Part shown: one piece after another, positions 59,629 through 64,000 of the stretch
How the letters are laid out: each line of letters starts with the position of its first letter
Numbering within the stretch: the stretch's first letter is position 1
Source of the DNA: an uncultured Thermoplasmata archaeon
GTDB taxonomy: Archaea; Thermoplasmatota; Thermoplasmata; Halarchaeoplasmatales; Halarchaeoplasmataceae
Direction of reading: 5' to 3'
NCBI GenBank assembly: GCA_964458595.1
Contig: CAYWJQ010000005.1
Span: 6,834-70,833 of the forward strand
DNA length: 64,000 nt
Program-made: the position numbers and the translations under genes
The notes under the pieces: model-generated
The model's input: the letters and a program-made list of their open reading frames with translations, nothing else
Database searches by the model: none
Told to the model about the DNA's origin: nothing

Positions 59629-59777
59629 GCCTAGAAGCACTGTAAGATACGGCCCGAACAAAAACCCTTCTCTTCAATATTTTCCTGAAGGTTCATGAAT
59701 CTTCGAAAGATCACCTAAAAGCAAATCTATAAAAGATATCAGAAGATTTATTGGCTTTCAACATATTTCACCGTTGG

Positions 59778-60080
59778 ATGGCTCAGATCAGAAAGGTACT
59801 GTGGTGGTTGATCGCTGGAACCAAAGGCGGTAAAAACCGTGTCCGGATAATACAAACGCTCAGGGATGAGCCGATGAATGCAAACCAATTATCAAAAAAG
59901 CTGGACCTAGATTATAAAACCGTGCAGCATCACTTGGAATTATTGATCGACAACAGGATCTTGACCACCATGGGTGATGGATATGGTAAGACTTACTTTC
60001 TATCTGACCAGATGGAAGATAACTATGATCTTTTAGAGGATATAATAAAAAAGACTGATATAGGTGATATGGATGGATAA
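59778..60080 (+). CDS. ArsR-like wHTH transcriptional regulator
   Basis: 'LWWLIAGTKGG.NR..II..L...PMNANQLSKKLDLDYKTVQHHL' HTH. Confidence 0.88.
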   Translation: MAQIRKVLWWLIAGTKGGKNRVRIIQTLRDEPMNANQLSKKLDLDYKTVQHHLELLIDNRILTTMGDGYGKTYFLSDQMEDNYDLLEDIIKKTDIGDMDG

Positions 60081-60477
60081 AAATAAAAAATTGCTGCTTC
60101 TCGTAGCCGCCCTTGTGACTATCAGTGTCGTTCTCACATTCTTATTTACGACTCTAGTCACTCCGATACATAGGGGGAATCGGATGTATTTTGAAACGTT
60201 CTTGAACATAAAAGCTTTCGTTTCGACGCTCAATATCCTGCTGATAATGGTACTGCTTTGGAATTATCTTTCCATATACAGGGAGATGCCGAACAGATTC
60301 ACACTCAGTCTGACCATATTCAGTCTAGCCCTCCTACTGTATGCTCTTTCTTCCAACCCTTTAGTGACTCATCTACTGGGATTTAGGCGCGGCGTAGGCC
60401 TAGGTCCTTTCACCTTCCTACCCGATATCTTTGCTGCAGTAGCGGTGATCGTTCTGCTGTATCAAAGTTATGAGTGA
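60064..60477 (+). CDS. Membrane protein (4 TM) coupled to the wHTH regulator
   Basis: Overlaps the regulator stop; four hydrophobic helices. Confidence 0.72.
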   Translation: MIWMDKNKKLLLLVAALVTISVVLTFLFTTLVTPIHRGNRMYFETFLNIKAFVSTLNILLIMVLLWNYLSIYREMPNRFTLSLTIFSLALLLYALSSNPLVTHLLGFRRGVGLGPFTFLPDIFAAVAVIVLLYQSYE

Positions 60478-60522
60478 AGTTACACATAGATCTAAGAGAG
60501 TACCTATCTACCTGCTGTGACT

Positions 60523-61095
60523 TTATCGTTCAGAAGCTTGAAGGATATATTCGTAGGAATTCATCTTCTCTATGGTCGTGCTTAAACCTCTCTTTTGAAA
60601 GAAGTTTTCCAGGTCTTTAGGTTCGAAGAAGGAAGACGGTTCTCCGACCAGCTTTTCTCCGAACTTGATAAATTTAGTGACCGGACTGCTAGGATCGAAT
60701 TCTAATATTATTATCTGACCCCTCGGTTTTAAAACTCTTACCATCTCTCTCAGACTTTCCTCCTTATTTTGAAAATGATGCAGCGCGTCTGTGCAGAAAA
60801 CTACGTCGAACGAAGAAGTTTCGAAAGGATTCCTGCATGCCTTTCCCACCACCGGGTTTTCGGACGGTGATTCTGAGATCATCTTTATGGAAGTATCCAA
60901 CAGATAGGGCTCTATCTGCGGTTCCTCTTTCTGGATCTTTTTTAGTAATCGTCCGGTCCCTCCCCCCACATCTAAAAGTGCCAGGTCCTTTTTTAAGTCT
61001 ATATTATCGATTATCTTCTCCCCCTCATCCGAGAACATCGAGTCCGTGAAAAGGTCGTACACGGGAGCGAGAAGATCGAACATGTCTCTTTTCAT
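60523..61095 (-). CDS. Class I SAM-dependent methyltransferase (UbiE-like)
   Basis: LLDVGGGTG motif I; 'FDVV....ALHHF', 'RVLKPRG' motifs. Confidence 0.9.
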   Translation of the reverse strand: MKRDMFDLLAPVYDLFTDSMFSDEGEKIIDNIDLKKDLALLDVGGGTGRLLKKIQKEEPQIEPYLLDTSIKMISESPSENPVVGKACRNPFETSSFDVVFCTDALHHFQNKEESLREMVRVLKPRGQIIILEFDPSSPVTKFIKFGEKLVGEPSSFFEPKDLENFFQKRGLSTTIEKMNSYEYILQASER

Positions 61096-61327
61096 ACGTT
61101 CTTATGATCTGGTCGAGAAGTTAAAAAATTACCGTCTCATTCTTTCAGGTTTTCATAAAGCTCAATATTTAGAACATCTGTTCCATCTTTTGGTTCTGAC
61201 TATATTATCTACTCCCTATCGATCGAAGATACTAGAACATTGGCGACTGTGAAAAAGTGACTTCCATGTTCCGAGTTTAAGAAAAGGTGATAAATTATTT
61301 ATAATACACCTCATAAAATACCTAGCG

Positions 61328-61897
61328 ATGGATTCAGATGCCGAAATAACTAATGCGGGCATCAGATATCAGGGAAATTGGGAGGAAATCTGTGACTTTG
61401 CTGATCATTTATCGGCGATAATAGACGAATATATTGATGATGACGAAGCTCTCGGCGACTACAATCAGTGGAAACCTGAAGAGGGGGAATCCGAGGAGGA
61501 ATTATCGATGAAGACTGCTGAAGAAGCCTCCATGGAGGAGACAGGGATAGAAAAAGAATTCAACGGTACTAAGGAAGAACTTAACGAGGCTAGAGATAAA
61601 TTATTTGATTCCATCGAACATGCGGCCAATGGGGATGACCCTAGAGGAAAACTCAAGGAGGCTTCGAGGAAAGTCGGAAGAGCGATGGGGGCAAAATCGA
61701 TAGAATCTATCAGGGAACTAGAGATACAGCTCTATGATAAAGTCATGCTCCAATTGAATCCGTTCTATTTTGATGATGAAGACTTTTCGATCAATCTAAA
61801 GAAAAATAATGGTAGTAACGAGTACACACTGACTTTAAATATACCAGACGGAAAGATTAGAAAAGAGGTAAAACAAAGTGTGAAGGAAGATATCTGA
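61328..61897 (+). CDS. DUF5828-like protein
   Basis: 'G.WEEI..F', 'W.P...E......KTAE.AS..E' and 'LY..VM..LNP.YFD....S.NL' recalled for the haloarchaeal DUF5828 family. Confidence 0.6.
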   Translation: MDSDAEITNAGIRYQGNWEEICDFADHLSAIIDEYIDDDEALGDYNQWKPEEGESEEELSMKTAEEASMEETGIEKEFNGTKEELNEARDKLFDSIEHAANGDDPRGKLKEASRKVGRAMGAKSIESIRELEIQLYDKVMLQLNPFYFDDEDFSINLKKNNGSNEYTLTLNIPDGKIRKEVKQSVKEDI

Positions 61898-62841
61898 TGG
61901 TTTCCTTTATCATTTTATTAGCGGTAGCGGCTTCGATATTCATGGGTATCTCTATCGGAGCTTCATCTGTACCCCCGGCTTTCGGACCGGTCAGATCTTC
62001 AGGGGCCTCAGGCATATTGAAATCTGCATTGATAGCCGGTGCAGCTGCAAGTCTTGGAGCTATATTACAGGGGAAAAGTGTCACAAACACCGTTGGTTCA
62101 GGTATCGTTCTCGGTGGTATACAGGAACTGCAGGCATTTTCCATATTGTTAGTTGCTTCTATTTTAGTCATCGGTAGTGTAATATGGAAATACCCTATGC
62201 CTACAGCGTTCACTGTGATCGGAGCCGTGGTGGGCAGTGCTTTCAGCTTCAGTAATCCTATCCAGTGGGGATCACTACAGAGGATAATCATATATTGGTT
62301 AGCCATACCATTTTTAGCCGTCGGTATAGGTTATCTGTTTTCTAAGATATTGAGGAAGTACGTCTCTAAAGAGAAGTCTAAGAAAAAGATCAGGTATCTA
62401 ACGTTCTCTATGGGGTTACTGGTCGCATACACGTCTGGAGCTAATTCTGTGGGACTGGCCGTTGGTCCTTTGAGTAGTTTGGACATCAGAATGATCATAC
62501 TGCTCATTTTAGGGAGTTTATCTATACTGATCGGTGCTTGGGTATTCTCTCCGAAGATAATAGATGCGGTTTCCTTCGAATACTCCAATGTTGGTCCGAG
62601 AAGATCTGCTGCAGCTCTTGGCACGGCTGCATTACTTGCTCAGATAGGTATCCTGTTGGGCATTCCGATATCTTTCAGCGAAGCGATAATAGCCTCGGTG
62701 ATTGGCAGTGGTCTTGTCGTGGGTAAGTCGAATATAGGTAAGAAGAAGATGACATTTACGACCGTGGCCTGGATAGGGGCCTTCTTTTTATCCGCAGTAC
62801 TGACCTATCTGTTGGGGAAAGCTCTGCAGTATTTGGTGTGA
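61897..62841 (+). CDS. Inorganic phosphate transporter, PiT family
   Basis: 'GANSVGLAVGP' PiT signature (N-terminal copy degenerate: GASSVPPAFGP); about 10 TM. Confidence 0.82.
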   Translation: MVSFIILLAVAASIFMGISIGASSVPPAFGPVRSSGASGILKSALIAGAAASLGAILQGKSVTNTVGSGIVLGGIQELQAFSILLVASILVIGSVIWKYPMPTAFTVIGAVVGSAFSFSNPIQWGSLQRIIIYWLAIPFLAVGIGYLFSKILRKYVSKEKSKKKIRYLTFSMGLLVAYTSGANSVGLAVGPLSSLDIRMIILLILGSLSILIGAWVFSPKIIDAVSFEYSNVGPRRSAAALGTAALLAQIGILLGIPISFSEAIIASVIGSGLVVGKSNIGKKKMTFTTVAWIGAFFLSAVLTYLLGKALQYLV

Positions 62842-63198
62842 CGTTTTTGTGAAAAAGAACCTTTTTTTAATCAACCTTTCAGAACCCCGATAGACCTTTT
62901 CGACGTTCAATACTGTTGCAGCATTACCCGGGAACCTATCATCTAACCATGATAACATCTCTTCATGTATCTCCCCTGGTATGATATTCTAGGGAGAACT
63001 TGATCTGGAAAGGATCATGATCCTCTGGTTTCATCTTCTCTACTGCCCTCTTGATAGTTAAAAAGGCCCGCGGCCATTTAATCTTTCTTTTCACGCATCA
63101 AGCCTTGAAAATGGAAGTGTCGCCGTCTAGATTTCAGACAGCATTTCATAAAGTCTTTAAACCTATCACTCCATAAATAATATAGTGGGAGGTCGAGT

Positions 63199-63540
63199 AT
63201 GAAAAAGAGATCATCAGGTAGGACTATCATTCTATTTTTGACTATCACAGCGATATTGATAGCTGTGGTGATAGCAATAGGCTTGATAGAAGGAATTCTC
63301 TTAAGCTTTGCAGTAGGTTTAGTTGTAACAGCATACCTGTTGAAAGGCGGTGAAAAAGGCGAACTTAAGGGAGAAGATGTAAAATCCGGGATTGAGGATG
63401 ACGTAGAATTTCGACCGACCGCATTGGGATGCTATGGGTCTTGGTCGGAAGAAGAGAAACTCGGGTATTCCCAGCGCTCTTCTCAAAATCCCCAGGAGGG
63501 GCAATCCTCACGATCTCAACAAAAACCACCACGGCAATAA
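63199..63540 (+). CDS. Hypothetical membrane protein
   Basis: GGGAGG SD; two hydrophobic helices and a polar tail. Confidence 0.55.
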   Translation: MKKRSSGRTIILFLTITAILIAVVIAIGLIEGILLSFAVGLVVTAYLLKGGEKGELKGEDVKSGIEDDVEFRPTALGCYGSWSEEEKLGYSQRSSQNPQEGQSSRSQQKPPRQ

Positions 63541-63748
63541 AACCACTTTCATCCCAATCGCGGACAACTGAGAATAGATGGAGAAGTATACGATCGATAG
63601 TCCTATGGCAGATGCCGAAAGCAAAAAAGATCTCTATTTATATGATATTAAGGTTTGAAAAGGGGATGGCAAGGTCGGTTCCGATCTCGGGTTTTATTTA
63701 CTGAGCTCCTCGAAAAGATATAATAAGATCGGTTAATTTAATCGTCTC

Positions 63749-64000
63749 ATGGACATGGGGGACGATAATGGGTCTATAGATGTGCGAAAAAAGCACGATG
63801 GTAAGATACGGAAATTATTTTACGGACTCCTAGCGATCTTCGTCGTTTGGATCATATATTCTTTCATAGGCTCTAGAGGTGAAGATATCTTCGGTCTGAT
63901 CAGACCGGTGTTGAACGGATTAGTGACAGTATTTTTGATCATCGGTCTTTTCTCATTCATATTCTACGGGAAATACGGGATGATCAGGTCTACCAAAGTT
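63749..64000 (+). CDS. Hypothetical membrane protein (3'-partial, not in the ORF track)
   Basis: Hand translation MDMGDDNGSIDVRKKHDGKIRKLFYGLLAIFVVWIIYSF...; open to the window end with two TM segments. Confidence 0.55.
   Translation, partial: MDMGDDNGSIDVRKKHDGKIRKLFYGLLAIFVVWIIYSFIGSRGEDIFGLIRPVLNGLVTVFLIIGLFSFIFYGKYGMIRSTKV

Noticed and set aside
1-64000. CRISPR arrays, tRNA/rRNA genes, transposases, integrases, Sec/Pyl recoding
   Set aside because: I saw no regularly spaced repeats, cloverleaf or rRNA-like segments, transposase or integrase motifs, or genes split by an in-frame TGA/TAG. A tRNAscan/Infernal run would be needed to exclude small RNAs formally.

Overview
This is a gene-dense archaeal chromosomal window with GGAGG/GGTGA Shine-Dalgarno sites, TTTATA/TTTAAA TATA boxes and a strongly acidic, Glu/Asp-rich proteome. 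The gene content (egsA, thermosome, aRF1, Sm, L37e, hsp20-regulator-grpE-dnaK-dnaJ, wHTH-STAND-TPR proteins, halophile-type DUFs) suggests a halophilic Thermoplasmatota-like archaeon; this is inference only. The first ~43 kb is mostly housekeeping: pyrD, bud32, rdgB, tRNA thiolase, thi4, egsA, a heat-shock cluster, cysE-cysK, gcvPA/PB, thermosome, tmk, Sm, rpl37e, a stand-alone Mrp/Mbh-type Na+/H+ antiporter operon with two MnhD paralogs, a two-ATPase type IV pilus-like locus, a PKD/CARDB surface protein, argS, prf1 and lpdA. The last ~21 kb is more accessory. The most notable items are: (1) an orphan CheF-like gene flanked by two direct-repeat copies of a small unknown gene, each with a near-identical promoter and palindromic operator, next to a P-loop-less wHTH-STAND-TPR gene that has an intact paralog 7 kb away; (2) three apparent non-AUG (ATC/ATC/ACG) starts and an unannotated 32-codon ORF in the antiporter operon; (3) a possible archaeal envelope-stress module (secreted LTXXQ-motif protein, wHTH regulator, membrane partner); (4) a candidate heat-shock operator, ACAAC-N5-GTTGT. 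I saw no rRNA, tRNA, CRISPR array or transposase. All family assignments come from motif recognition by eye, with no database searches.
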